NCBI GenBank assembly: GCA_024679065.1
Contig: JAGIQG010000020.1
Span: forward strand, 26,846,001-26,910,000
Reading direction: 5' to 3'
Origin: Sphyrna mokarran
Lineage: Eukaryota
Length of the DNA: 64,000 nt
Within the stretch, counting starts at the first letter, position 1. Each line of letters starts with the position of its first letter. The position numbers and the translations under genes are program-made. Positions 1 through 12,093 of the stretch are shown here, one piece after another. Under the pieces are notes generated by a model, which was not told the DNA's origin, searched no databases, and worked only from the letters and a program-made list of their open reading frames with translations.

Positions 1-942
1 GCTGATGACATTTAAAAACAATGCATTACAAATGATAATGTGTGTTGGGCACAATTTTTTAAAAGCATGGTGTGGTTGAAATGGATATATGGTACAGTGC
101 AGAGAATGTTAGGTGACTAACCATGCTTATGGATGCTTCCACATACACATTAATCCTGCGTATAAAATGTTGTCGGTGCTTCTAACTAAATGGTGAGGGG
201 CTAGGAATCCAATATGTCCTGATTATAGTGGTGCTGGCTATTTAATTAGGTGCCTAATGCCTAGTCTCAGGGAAGTAACTGTTTTTCTTGCATATTCCTG
301 GCTGGAAAACATTATTTCAGCTTGGTCAGTGAGAATACACCTACTCAATGCAGCAAAATGTTAATGAGATAGGGCAAGTCTTTGAAGAGGTGAGAAAATC
401 GATGATCTAACAGTAACTTTGTTTATAATAGCTGCACATGAGAAGTTTTAAGTTTTTTTTAGTTCACACACTTAGATCAACAGAGCAAGTCTTTATTTGA
501 ACAGTTACGCACCCACTCATAGTCACTTCTTCCACAGCACCTTCAGACATTTTGTTCTCCTACACTTTGTCACAATTCATTTAGCATCAGTTACTACAAA
601 ACTTGGCAACAAATTTAATTGTTGTTACAATTTTAGCCTTCTAAATTATTCCTCCATCTTTGGCTAAATGATACGCCACTGGGTTTCTAGCTTTCTTTGC
701 ATGTCCCCAGTTAGTGTAGGTCAGAACGGGAGCTGAACGAGGATGGTGTTTGTTTGTTGTCTATTGCATGACCCTGCATGTTAAAGATATAACAGTTGTT
801 TTCCTTTTCGCATTCCATGTCGATTAAGTTACTGCAGAAATTACAGAGAGGTGCAAAAATTATCATCATTATAATGGGGCCCTCAATTATCTAAATTAGA
901 CTGGGATAGGCTTAGTGCAAAGGGACATGGAGGACATGAATT

Positions 943-1316
943 CAAAATTTACAGATGATTGGATGCATTGTCCACTGATAGTTTTGAATTTCAAAACGGC
1001 ATAGACATATTGATTGGGCTGACAAGTGGCAGATGCAGTTTAATGAAGAAAGTATAAAGTAATTAATTTTGAAGAATATGGAGAGACAGGATAAAATAAA
1101 AGCAGAATCTTTAAAGGGGGTGCAAGAATAGAGGGATCTTGTTGTATGTGTACATCACTCATTGAAGGTGGCAGGGCATGTTGAGAGAGCAGTTAATAAA
1201 GCATATTGTACCCTAGGTTTTATTAATTGGGATATTGAGTGCAAGAGTAAGGAGGTCATGGTGGACTTGTATAAAATGCTAGTTAGGCCTCATCACGAGT
1301 CCTGTGTCCAACTCTC
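943..1316 (+). mobile_element. CR1/HER1-type LINE ORF2 fragment (post-RT region), decayed
   Basis: DNA 'gctgacaagtggcagatgcagtttaat' (ADKWQMQFN) and translation KVAGHVERAVNKAYCTLGFINWDIECKSKEVMVDLYKMLVRPH are typical of the CR1 ORF2 C-terminal region. Confidence 0.85.
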
Positions 1317-1494
1317 ACCAGATAATCCAGCACTGGATGCAAAAGAATCTGCAGGCTTGGCCCACACTGGCACGACAGGGTTGGAAAAAGTCGGTAACGC
1401 TGGGAATTCCGAAGAGCGGCCTGATCTCCAATTTGAGAAAAACTCTCCCTGTGTACACGGAAATGAGACTGGCAGCCTGGTTTGGGTGGTGGGC

Positions 1495-1665
1495 AATACC
1501 AAGGTACTACCCGAACATATCCTCTTCCCCAAGGACTCTGTGTCTTTGGTGGAGTACCTTTTGCCTGGCTCACATTTTTGCAAGCATGTCAGCAAAAGGG
1601 AGACATTCCAAGGTGGGGAAGCCTTTAAAATTACATTTATTTAAATAAAATTCCAGATCTTTCTG
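1495..1665 (+). repeat. Left arm of a diverged inverted repeat pair (partner 2608-2795); unclassified
   Basis: 'catttttgcaagcatgtcagcaaaagggagac...gtggggaa...cctttaaaattacatttattta' matches the reverse complement of 2608-2795. Confidence 0.75.
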
Positions 1666-1814
1666 AATGGGAACCTAGTTACATCAATGGTGGGGATGGG
1701 GCGGAGGTCAGTTGTGCTACTCAGATTCTCATTTGGGAGATCTCTTGGATTTGCACCCATGCTGTCATTTGTGCTCAGAGTGAATTTTCCATTCGGTTCC
1801 CAGCCGTGTTTCAA

Positions 1815-2096
1815 ATCATAGAATCCTAGAAACTTTATGTGCAGAAAGAGGTCAGTTGGCCCATTTGAGTCTGCAGACCACAATCCCACCCAGGCCCAAA
1901 CCCCATATCCTTAATATTTACCCGCTAATCCCTCTAACCTACATATCGCAAGACACATCTTTGGACTGTGGAAGGAAACTGGAGCACCCGGAGGGAATGT
2001 GCAAACTCCACCTAGACAGTGACCCAAACTGGGAATCGAACCAGGTCTGTGGAGTTGTGAAGCAGCAGTGCTAACCACTCTGCTACTATCCTGCCC
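1815..2096 (-). mobile_element. HE1-type tRNA-derived SINE (CR1-like tail)
   Basis: Reverse-complement A/B-box head (gggaatcgaacc...gcagcagtgctaaccact), central domain and (ATCATAGA)-type tail. Confidence 0.9.
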
Positions 2097-2607
2097 ACTA
2101 TGTTACTGCAGATTAAAGGTACCCGATGGAAGTCTGATTAGGTATCTGATTAAATATTCAAATTGGGGTCAGTATTCTTGATTTGGTGAAAAGATTTAAT
2201 TATTTCAAATTTTTGTAGGAAGTCTTCAAATAGTCTTGGTCAGTATATGTGGTGTATAATTGGACACCCACACTGGCTGCTTGCCTGAGTCAAGCAGAAA
2301 GAATGTTGGAAGAAGGAGGGGGTGAAAATTTGTGCAGTTATAAATAACTATCCGAGCTGTTAAACTTTAATTTTTGTTATGATTCACCTGCTATTTTTAA
2401 TCAAGAAAGCAATCTGAGATGCATGCATCCAAATGATCTGCTTCATTTAGAAAAGTTACATGCATATGGCCCAACCAGACCATGTTTGCCCTGATACAAA
2501 TGAACACATTTACGTAGTGTTCCCTTACTGTTCTGCTTCAACCAGTTTTTCTGGATCCACCACCTATTTTCAATATTGTGCGGTTGAATTAAAAAAAATT
2601 GCGGAAG

Positions 2608-2795
2608 AAAACTCGTGCATTTCATGTAAATAAATATAAAATTTAAAGGACTTCCCTACCATGTGATTTCCCCACATTGGGACATCTCCCTTTGCTGACA
2701 TGTTTGTAAAAATGCGAACCAGACAAAGTGTCCCTCCAGGGGGACACAATTGGGTACCGGGGGAAGCGGGACATGCCTCGGCAGTACCTGCCACT
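2608..2795 (-). repeat. Right arm of the diverged inverted repeat pair (partner 1495-1665)
   Basis: Reverse complement aligns to 1495-1665 with one ~15-bp indel. Confidence 0.75.
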
Positions 2796-3316
2796 CGTTG
2801 AGACTAAGAATGATGCCATTACTTTGCAATGCTTCCAAACTGTAGCGTCAAACCTATCTCTGACTGGAGTGTGTTATTTGTAACCACAAAAAATGTGCAC
2901 TTGGTAGCTAACTCTCGGAGATGATGGTAACATTCTGATGTGCAACTGACAGCATAAATGTGGTACCAAAGTGGAAGTTGGACTGCATTGTTTAATGGGG
3001 ACTGAAAGGGCATCATTAACATGACATTTTCAAAGCGAAGCAAGTTAAACCATTGAAATCATGATAAGCACATTTATTTTTGACAGAAAATGATTGAAAC
3101 AAATTGTATTGATGCACAAAGTGTGACTTGAAGCTTGGTAAATGACCAGTGTGCTGAAGCAATTTGTCTCATTCAGATTGTTTTATACAATTTGCAAACT
3201 TCTTGCCTTTGGATAATTAGATAACTGCAGACTTCTTGGATATGGCAAGGAAGAACCTTCAACCTGCAAAGGTTACTACACACAATGGATCCCAAGCTCT
3301 TCATTTCTTGCACATT

Positions 3317-3342
3317 CTCTCACTCTCTCTCTCTCTCTCTGT

Positions 3343-3381
<39 letters not shown>
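3317..3381. repeat. Compound (CT)n(CA)n microsatellite
   Basis: Direct reading. Confidence 0.95.
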
Positions 3382-3383
<2 letters not shown>

Positions 3384-3607
3384 TAGTTACATCCTTGTCT
3401 GTCTCTGACTCTGTTACTGTTCCTCCTTGTCTGCACACATCTACCTCTTCATTGTTGTTTTCCCTGCCAGTTTGGAAAAGGTGGGCTGCGTGATGGAAGT
3501 AGGAGCAACCAATGGCTGCAGGCTGTATTTGCAATGCAGTTTGCATCTCTTAACCATTCATGCTTAGTGGCAATATTTATTTCAACTATTTATTTTCAAA
3601 ATACAAC

Positions 3608-3906
3608 TTAGAATCCAAAAATCATAGAATCCCTACAATGCAGAAGGAGGCCATTTGGCCTATTGAATCTGCACTGACCATAATCCCACCCAGGCCCTTT
3701 TCTTGTAACCACACATTTACCCTGCTAATCCCCTGACACAAAGGGGCAATTTGGCATGGCCAATCATCTTAACCCGTACATCTTTAAACTGTGAAAGGAA
3801 ACTGGAACATCTGGAGGAAACTCATGCAGACACAGGGAGAACATGCAAACTCCACACAGATAGTGACCCAAGCCAGGAATTGAACCCAGATCCCTGATGC
3901 TTGAGG
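3608..3906 (-). mobile_element. HE1-type SINE
   Basis: atcatagaatccctacaatgcagaaggaggcc tail, central domain, B-box head in reverse. Confidence 0.9.
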
Positions 3907-4304
3907 AAGTATTTTCTTTCATTGAGGAATGGAAGAAAATGTCTCCCTCTCCCTATGTCCTGGGTTTTGGGTGGAAAAATCTCTCTCATCACTGCATTTA
4001 ATTAGCATTGGCCTTTTCTGTCAACCAAATAGAAGTGGATAATTGGTTTGCTTCAAAATTCAACTGATATTTTGCTTAATAAAAAGCTTTTCCATTCGTA
4101 TACATGTGCAGAAATGAACTTCTGAAATGTGCTCTGTCTTTTTCAAATGTTAGATCAGTAACTACTAAACAGAAAGTACTTGGAGGGAAATAAAATGATA
4201 TGAGTAAAATTGACCAACTGGGCAGCCTGGGTCATCATTACACATCAGGCATACTGTACATTACAGGGTCAAACTGCACAATTCAATTCTTCAGTCAGGA
4301 GAAC

Positions 4305-4484
4305 TGCCCAACCTGAACACCTTTCAGACTGTGGGAGGAAACTGGAGTAGCCGGAGGAAGCGCATGCAGACACAGGGAGAAAGTGCAAACTCCACCACAG
4401 ACATTTTACCCAAGGCAGGAATCAAACCCGTGTCCCTGGCGCTGTGAGACAGCAGTGCTAACCGCTATGCCATCATGCTACCCC
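4305..4484 (-). mobile_element. HE1-type SINE head and central domain (tail missing)
   Basis: gactgtgggaggaaactggag...ggaatcaaacccgtgtccctggcgctgtgag. Confidence 0.85.
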
Positions 4485-7074
4485 ATTCCCAAGTGCTGGC
4501 ATTTGGGAAAGTTGGATGTCTTCAACTTTAACAAAATAATTAAAATGTACATAAGACAAATGAGTGGATAAATTTAACTGTAATGGCAAATAAGTAGTCT
4601 ATTGTATTTTTAAAGCTTTGTTTAATCCTTTAATTTACATTTAGTAATCCAGGGAGAAAAATAGTTTCATACTAAAATAGCAAATAATGTATGCCATATA
4701 AAGCCACATCTTAAATATTGAAAATAGCCATCACAGCTGCTTACAGGAGTAAACTAGCGACATGTGCCTTGCATGCTGAGTGCAGTATCAGTAATATATC
4801 ACACACGTGTGTGTGGTCCGGAGATTCTGAAGGTAGAACTGCATATATAACGTGACATAATGTAGTATGTAACCTAATATTCTGTGACAGCCCCTTACTG
4901 AGAGATAAGCATTACCAATTTACACCTTTTCTGAGGAAAGTACAGTGTCATGGTAGGTAGAAGCATTCAGGTTGTAACATAGAAATGTTACTGACCTAAA
5001 TTTTTGATTTGAACCACATCTCTGCAGTTCAAAGTAGAAAAGAATGTGAAAATAACTAATCTCAACAGAATTAGCATGTCATAAAGTTTTTTAATTGAAT
5101 AGGAAGCCAATGGTAAAAGGGATCCAATGGAAACTTTTACGTAAAGAACACTCAGTAGTACAAGAGGTTGGGAGCTTTGCCATTTAACATTTGCCATCAG
5201 CAACATTCCCAATATAAAGGAATGAATGACCTTCCACAGCAACAGGGAGCAGGTTGCACTACACAGCAGGAACCTCATTCAGAAACAACCGTCAACATTA
5301 TTTAAGGAATTCTCGAGAACCTGACAGTTCCTGAACATTTGTCGAGATGGGTCCACCCCCAGTGAGCACTAATCCCATCCTCCCATTAAAGTGAAAGCAG
5401 AAACAACTAGTAACTCTCACAACATTTCATTCGGAAGCAAATCCCATCGCCCATCTCCAATTTTGAGCCAAAAACCTACCTTTTGTAAAGTTTCTTCTTC
5501 CAAAGGAGTTTTCCTTCTCCACAAAAGCAACCAATTTGTGCCAGTGCAGCTATATTCTTTCCTGAGATGAAAGTTGACTGCAGCTTATGGTTTGCTAGCC
5601 CTTCCTCATCTACCCTTTCTCATCTATGTCCTCTCTTAAACCTTCTTCTTCTCCTACACCTTTGTATCACTTTCTTTCCTCTATTCCTAACTTCTTGTAT
5701 TATTGAGTGTTTTTTTTTGTGTAAAAGTTTCCATTGGATCCCCTTTACTATTGGCTTCCTATTAGATCAAAAAACTTTATAGCGTGCTAATTCTATATTT
5801 GTGAAGTATTAGGACATGGCCCAGTGCCATTTGACTCCTTTATTATCTCCTGCAGCTCTTGTTCCTGCACAAGTTGCTTACTTTTCTCTCTACCCACTCC
5901 CCATTTTCTCATCCATCTGTATTTCTCCCAGACTCTCCTGCTTCTCTGTACCTCTTTGCACCCCCCTCACTCATTCAGACCTATTAAGGTCTAATTATCC
6001 AACTGCTCCCTAACCTGCTTGGCCTGGATACTTGACTAGGTCTCAACCCACTGTGGACATGGCATTAGAGATTGTGAATGTGGCAGAGTATGTGTGGAAT
6101 GTTCATAACTAGCTTTGATCTTGAGGGGAATTGATCTGAGATGGATTTTAATGTAATGCATTCCTTATAAAATGTTCCTGTGGAAAAAAATACACACTTT
6201 AAGAAAGGGATTTTGTCTCATTTAGTTATTGGACTTCCCACAGGGAGAGGCAGGTTGTGTTTTGCTCCTGTGTTCAGTTTCCAAGTACCGGGGAGACTTT
6301 GAACTTATGTCCTTCAGCAGTCGACTAATAGGCCATAAAACTGTAGTCATATTTACTGTCTTGGTCTGTGCACCAAACAGCCTTGAAAAGCAAGGTAACT
6401 TGATGCACTTTCTCAAGTTGCACCTAAGTTTGAGCTTTTATGCGGATTTGGAACCCAACTGTATTTGGAATATTTTTATTCTACAAAATACTGCAACACA
6501 TTTCCCAGAAGTGTAATACTCGTGGACTTAGCCTACTTGGTGCCTTGTTTGTGATGTGGCATCAATTGGGTCAAGGAATTAGATAAAAATTAATTCCTAC
6601 TGGTTATTTTCATAGTTTTGTTACTTTCTCTTAATTTTTGTTGTGCAAACTTAGTCTACGCCAATTATAATAGGTGTAATTATAGGCTGTATATTAACTG
6701 CAGACATTCCTTACTACTAAAGTATTAACCAAAATTGTTGCTTTCTTGAATGATGGTGACACTGGCAAGGAAGCAGTTAATGTGGGTCTGATTGGAATCA
6801 TGTAAAGGCCAGTCTGGACGTAGTAGCCAGTCTTCCTGAAGAGACTAGATATTGTAGAAACAATGATACACATTACAGTGGAAACAGAAGGAAGGAACGG
6901 GGGGAAAGATGGTTTAAACGTGCACAATTAATCCGTTCCTTTTTCATGTGGGCATCTTTTCCAAGTTCCTAGTCTGAACGTTTTTTGACCTGCAAATCAT
7001 TGGATTTAAAGATGGATCTGACCTCTATTTAGAGTTATAAATAGGGTATTAAATGTTGGTTTGAACCTAACGTA

Positions 7075-7093
7075 ATGACTCAGCAATGAGTCA
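7075..7093. promoter_or_regulatory. NF-E2/Nrf2-type ARE (ATGACTCAGCA) followed by a second AP-1 site (TGAGTCA)
   Basis: Sequence ATGACTCAGCAATGAGTCA; motif match only, function unknown. Confidence 0.3.
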
Positions 7094-7654
7094 AATTGAT
7101 GAAAGCAAGAAAATTGAAATCATATTTACAGTTTGAAACAGGAACTGGTTCAGTCACTTCAAAGGGACTGTAGACTGTTTTATTCAAATCTCCTCTTTGT
7201 CAAAATGCCTAGCAGATAGCATTGTTCCTTCACATCATGTTCCGCAGATGCCTGCATGCCTGTGTGAACCTTATTTTGTTCCTGCTGATTTTGAAATAAT
7301 TCCTTGAATTAAATTGGCACTTTTTGTGGGCATTTTTTTGTTTGTTTCTTCCTCGCTGTATAACTGTCCTGTTTTTGACAGATAGATGGGATGGCCAGTG
7401 CTGCTGACTGCATAGTCATTTTGGTTGGAGCACTTTAATATAAATGTGGTTGGTGGGTACATTACTTATCGACCCTGTTATGGGGAACAGCTTGGGGGTG
7501 GGCTAGTTGTGTTGTATCCTACAGGTGCTTTGGTCCACCTTGTTGTCTAACAAGGGGCGCACACGCGATGGGTCATGAGAGGGCTGTTCTTGGATTTTTT
7601 TTGAGAGTATCCTAGTGCTTCACATCGTTAGTGTACGCTTGACCTGGACCATTT

Positions 7655-7988
7655 GATGGGCAACACGACAGCTCAGTGACTATCGCTGTGCTGTGCAGAT
7701 GCGTGGATTTGGGCCTGTGTCTGTGGGAGTTTGCGCATTCTCCCTGTGCTTGCGTGGGTTTTCTGCAGGTGCTCTGGTTTCCTCCCACATCCCAAAGATG
7801 TGCTGTTAGGCTGATTTGCAAAACAAATTCTCCCTAAATTGTCTCAAATTTGGTTTTTAATCCATAGATCTATAAACATAGACAAGGATCACAGGTAGAG
7901 TTGGGAACATCGGGGTGGCGGCGTGGGCTTGTTGGGCTGAAGGGCGTTTCCTGTGCTGTTTTGTTCTTTGTTCTTTGTTCTATGTTCT
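7655..7988 (+). mobile_element. Older HE1-type SINE with (TGTTCTT/A)n CR1-type tail
   Basis: gtctgtgggagtttgcgcattctccctgtgcttgcgtgggtttt...cctcccacatcccaaagatgtg; tail gggctgaagggc...tgttctttgttctatgttc. Confidence 0.75.
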
Positions 7989-9673
7989 GTCTCCCCCCCT
8001 TTCCTCAAGCAAGCAGATAATTTCCACCCTTGTTTCTGCAGTCCCTCTGTTAATAAACTATGCGTAATATTTTATTTCTGTGATCTGTTACCATATTTAA
8101 GACAAGTCACTTTTACTCCTAAACGTGTTATTATGTATAGCCATGGCTTTTAAGATTTGTGTTTGAGAGTTCATTATTTCCTGCTCTTTAATTCAAATAA
8201 AGTCAAATTGCAAAAGTTGAAATGGGCAAAAATCTGGGCCCATAAAATCTAATGCTCAACATGTTTCATCCAAGCAGACAGCAAGAGGGGCATGTTTGGG
8301 CTTACATTTACTGCTGTGTAACTACGCTCTGGAGAGTGCTGTGTGGCAGCATTTGTGACATTGTTACGTTGTTGCACAAAATGTTGTGGCTGATCTGTAC
8401 AGATGTCATTAAAGCTGGTTTTTCTGTGCCTTTTTTATATAAAGATTGAAATCAGAGAAGGCAGACATTTGCTGCTTTCAGGGAAGATGGCTGTTCATTT
8501 GCACATATAATATTTGCCCCCACTTGAAAAATAACTGATGATGTGAAGTGCTATGGGATGTTTCTGTGAGAATAATGAAGAGCTGTCTAAATACAGCTAT
8601 AATAAACAAGTTTGTGTTCAGTAAACATGACCTCCATTTTAGCTTGGATTTGTTTCAGCTGAATTAAGCTTTTATAAAAGATCGGTTTATTGGCTTGTTT
8701 GTTACATGTATTCTTGCTGTAATGTTACTGAGCAGTGTATTTCGAATGATGTCGTACCCTTTTGGTCTTGCTCTCGCTGTCATTATTCCCAGGTGCGTGT
8801 CAGTTTTGTGCAGATTTCTTTATAGCAATTTACTTGCAAAAAAATGGATATTGGGAATTGAATGAATTCAGAATGTACTGTTGCAGTTGAATGTGCTTTA
8901 CACAAGTGTTCGCATTCTAAGATAGCATTGTGTGTACATACATACGCGTGTGAGTGCAATTAGCAAATACTATATTCAGCATGCATGAGCCAGGATTTTA
9001 AAGTTTATTTTCTCTAAAACACAGCACCATAAGGGAGACAGTAATGTTCTGAATATTTTGAGATCATTACCAACTGTCCTCGTTACTTTGCCTCAGAATT
9101 GGCTGAATCTATGTGAGGTAATAACATAGTTTTTCTGACTTAGTCAAACCTTGCTGTACAATCTGCAGATCAATTTGTTGAAGGTTGCAGGCAAATCAGA
9201 GCTATGATATGTGATGGGCAGTATGTTTAGTGAAAGTTAGGTTGCAGTCTAAATTGAATTTTAATTATTGATCCTTCTATCGTTTGTATTTTGTGTTTTT
9301 GGGGTAAGTTTAGACGGTGAGTGGTCCGCTGGAATTCCACATAGGAGGGTTCTTTAGGAATGCCCATTTAAGGGGGAACGTCCCACTGTTCCATTATGTT
9401 TCAACTCTAACTTTAATGGAAGTCTGGGTTGAAGTTGCAATGGTTGCCTGATCCCTTGGGCCCAGCCACCTTGACATTGCACTAGAGTCTGTTTAAATAA
9501 GAAAGTAGAGTTTTAAAATTTGGTCTACCTTCATGCCCATAGCAAGAAAGGGAGAGAATGTGTGTTTGTGACCCGTGGCCCCTTTCCCCACTCTCCTCCA
9601 GGTGGTAGTTGGTGGGCAATATCTTTGTTGTTTACTTCTAACCCAACGCTTAGGATCATGAAGCTGCTTAATC

Positions 9674-9913
9674 AAAGTTAAAGTTTATTTATTAGTCACA
9701 GGTAAGGCTCACATTAACACTGCAAAGAAGTTACTGTGAAATTCCCCTAGTCGCCACACTCAGGTGTGTTGATCTGAACAGGCACCAAACCAGCATGCCT
9801 TTCAGGCTCTAGGAAGAAACCGGAGTACCCAGAGGAAACCCATACAGATGGTCATCCAAGCTGGGAATCAAACCTGAGTCCTGTCACTGTGAGGCAGCAG
9901 TGCGTGCCACCCC
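9674..9913 (-). mobile_element. HE1-head SINE with alternative ('type B') tail
   Basis: Tail aaagtttatttattagtcaca...cattaacactgcaaagaagttactgtgaaattcccctagtcgccacac joined to the HE1-type head. Confidence 0.85.
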
Positions 9914-10341
9914 AATCAGTAATCTCAAACTTGACGTTCTACCACCTGTGAACTTGTCTGAAGGATTTGGCTGTTTTCACAAATGGGTAAAAACACGATC
10001 AGATGTTTTCTGTTCAGTTCATTCTTAGGAATTACAGCACTTTTGGGATACATACAACACTGGGGAGAGTACTGTTGTGTGGCAAAAGATGGCACAGTTT
10101 CCATTGGTCAGTTGGCACACGGTTCAGCACAGACAACAAAACAAAAATCCAAGATGATGGTTACAGAGTCTGATTGAACATGTTTGTTTCTGCTGTGGGT
10201 TTTAAAGCTGTGTATTGCTTCAGAATTTATCTGATTGCATTACTTCAACTAGTGGTATTGTGTGTATTTACTTGAGGGAACTTGCATTTATATCTGTAAT
10301 GCATAAAAACTATGGTGTTCCTATGGTTCTTATTTTGGTTG

Positions 10342-10520
10342 AAAGATGTGCAAGTTAGATAGATTGGCCATGTTAAATTGCCCTAAGTGTCCAAAGATGT
10401 GTAGATTAGGGGAATTAACCAGATAAATATGTGGGCTTATGGGAATAGGGCCTGGGTAAATTGCTGTGTCGGAGAGTCAATACAGATTCAGTGGGCCGAA
10501 TGAAGGTACTCCACGATTGC
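10342..10520 (+). mobile_element. HE1-type SINE 3' half
   Basis: aaagatgtgcaagttagatagattggccatgttaaattgcccta...gggccgaatg. Confidence 0.8.
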
Positions 10521-10552
10521 AAAGCTTTTGTTCCATTGTGGTTATTGTATAG

Positions 10553-10788
10553 AATTTATAGAATCATAGAATTCTGACAGTGCACAAGGAGGCTATTTGG
10601 CCATTTAAGTCTGCACCAACCACAATCCCATCCATCCCAGGAGGACTAGCCATGCATTTACCTTGGCTAGTCCTCCTAAGAATAGGGGCAATTCAGCATG
10701 GCCAATCCATCTAACCTACACATTTTTGGACTGGTGGGAGGAAACCAGAGCACCCAGAGGAAACCCACACAGACATGGGGAGTATGTG
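10553..10788 (-). mobile_element. HE1-type SINE (head truncated)
   Basis: tagaatcatagaattc tail and central domain in reverse. Confidence 0.85.
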
Positions 10789-11617
10789 TTTAAAAGTTAC
10801 ACATTTGGTTTGCGTGTTTTATGTTTAGCCTTTTCTTGACCAGCGTATAAGAGGTTTTTATTGCAAGTGTAATGACTCTTATTAACATCCACAACTGCAA
10901 CATATTTCCTTAAAAGAATTGGGATCCATATTTCACAATATGTACATACATTATGAAAAAAACCTGTGTGGATGACTTGGAACTGCTTGCTGGCCAGAAT
11001 AATGATGCAGTTGCAGGCCATCTTTCAATGATGGTTTTGGTACAGATTCATTGACTGAATAAATAGGAAAGCACAACTTGATAAAGGATATCCCACCGGA
11101 GGGACCATTGAAGAATTGATCTGTTATTTTTGTTCCTACCTTTTGGGAAATGGTGATGGTTTGGTATGTGCAAATTGTGTATTAAATATTCAAATTGATG
11201 ACTTGCCTTTAAATAGAGTCAGGTCCATACTTTTTGAGGCCAGTGTAACGAATGGGATATTTTAGATTTTGAAAAATGCCAGTGTTGTGTTAGGGTATTT
11301 GTATCCTGAGTATATTTTACAGAGTACTGTTTATAAAGAGCAGCTGCGGTGGATTGTATTGTGTCTCTGAGAGAAGATGATTATGAAGGAGCGAGTTATA
11401 GAGAACAATGGATGATCTAACCAGCTCATTTCATAATCGGCAGCTAATTGATATCTCCGTTTAATTATCCCTCTTGCCATCAGGGGAGGGTGAGATGGGA
11501 AAGGCTGGACAAAGTTTAAGTTTATTTATTAGTGTCACAAGTAGGCTCATATTAACACTGCAATTAATTTACTGTGAAAATCCCCTAGTCGCCACACTCC
11601 AGTACCTATTCGGGTAT

Positions 11618-11939
11618 GTAGAATTATAGAATCTACAGTGCAGAAGGAGGCCATTTGGCTCATTGAGCTTGCACCGACCACAATCCCACCCAGGTTCTCG
11701 CAATTCCATCTATTTACCTTCCTAATCCCCTGATACTAAGCAGGCAATTTTTCATGGCCAATCAATCTAACCCACACATCTTTGGACTATTGGAGGAAAG
11801 TGGAGCACTTGGCACAAACCCGTGCAGACACAGAAAGAAAGTGCAAGCTTCACACAGACAGTCTCCCAAATCGGGAATCGAACCTGGATCCCTGGTGCTG
11901 TGACGCAGCAGTGCTAACCACTGTGCCACCATGCCGCCC
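11618..11939 (-). mobile_element. Full-length HE1-type SINE nested in the type-B SINE
   Basis: From tagaattatagaatctacagtgcagaaggaggcc to ctgtgccaccatgccgccc. Confidence 0.9.
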
Positions 11940-11974
11940 TTTGCTGCACGCTGAGGGAGAATGTAGTATAGCCA

Positions 11975-12093
11975 GTGGGGCAAAGCCCGAAAGCTAGTGA
12001 CGTTTGCTACCAAATAAATCTGTTGGGCTTTAAGCTGGTGTTGTGAGACTTCTTACTGTGTTTATCCCAGTCCAACACCGGCATCTCCACATC
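11975..12093 (+). mobile_element. Penelope-like terminal fragment with partial hammerhead motif
   Basis: GGGC-AAA-GCCC-GAAA-GCTA then ccaaataaatctgttgggctttaagctggtgttgtgagacttcttactg...catctccacatca; same family in reverse at 25725-25770. Family call is from recollection of shark repeats. Confidence 0.55.

Noticed and set aside
1162-1644. 160-aa ORF
   Set aside because: Chimeric read-through: only the first ~50 aa are CR1 ORF2, the rest is an unrelated repeat, and it starts at TTG.
3470-3490. Possible 10-nt micro-exon (ccag|TTTGGAAAAG|gtgggc)
   Set aside because: Frame-shifting length and weak donor; such matches are expected by chance.
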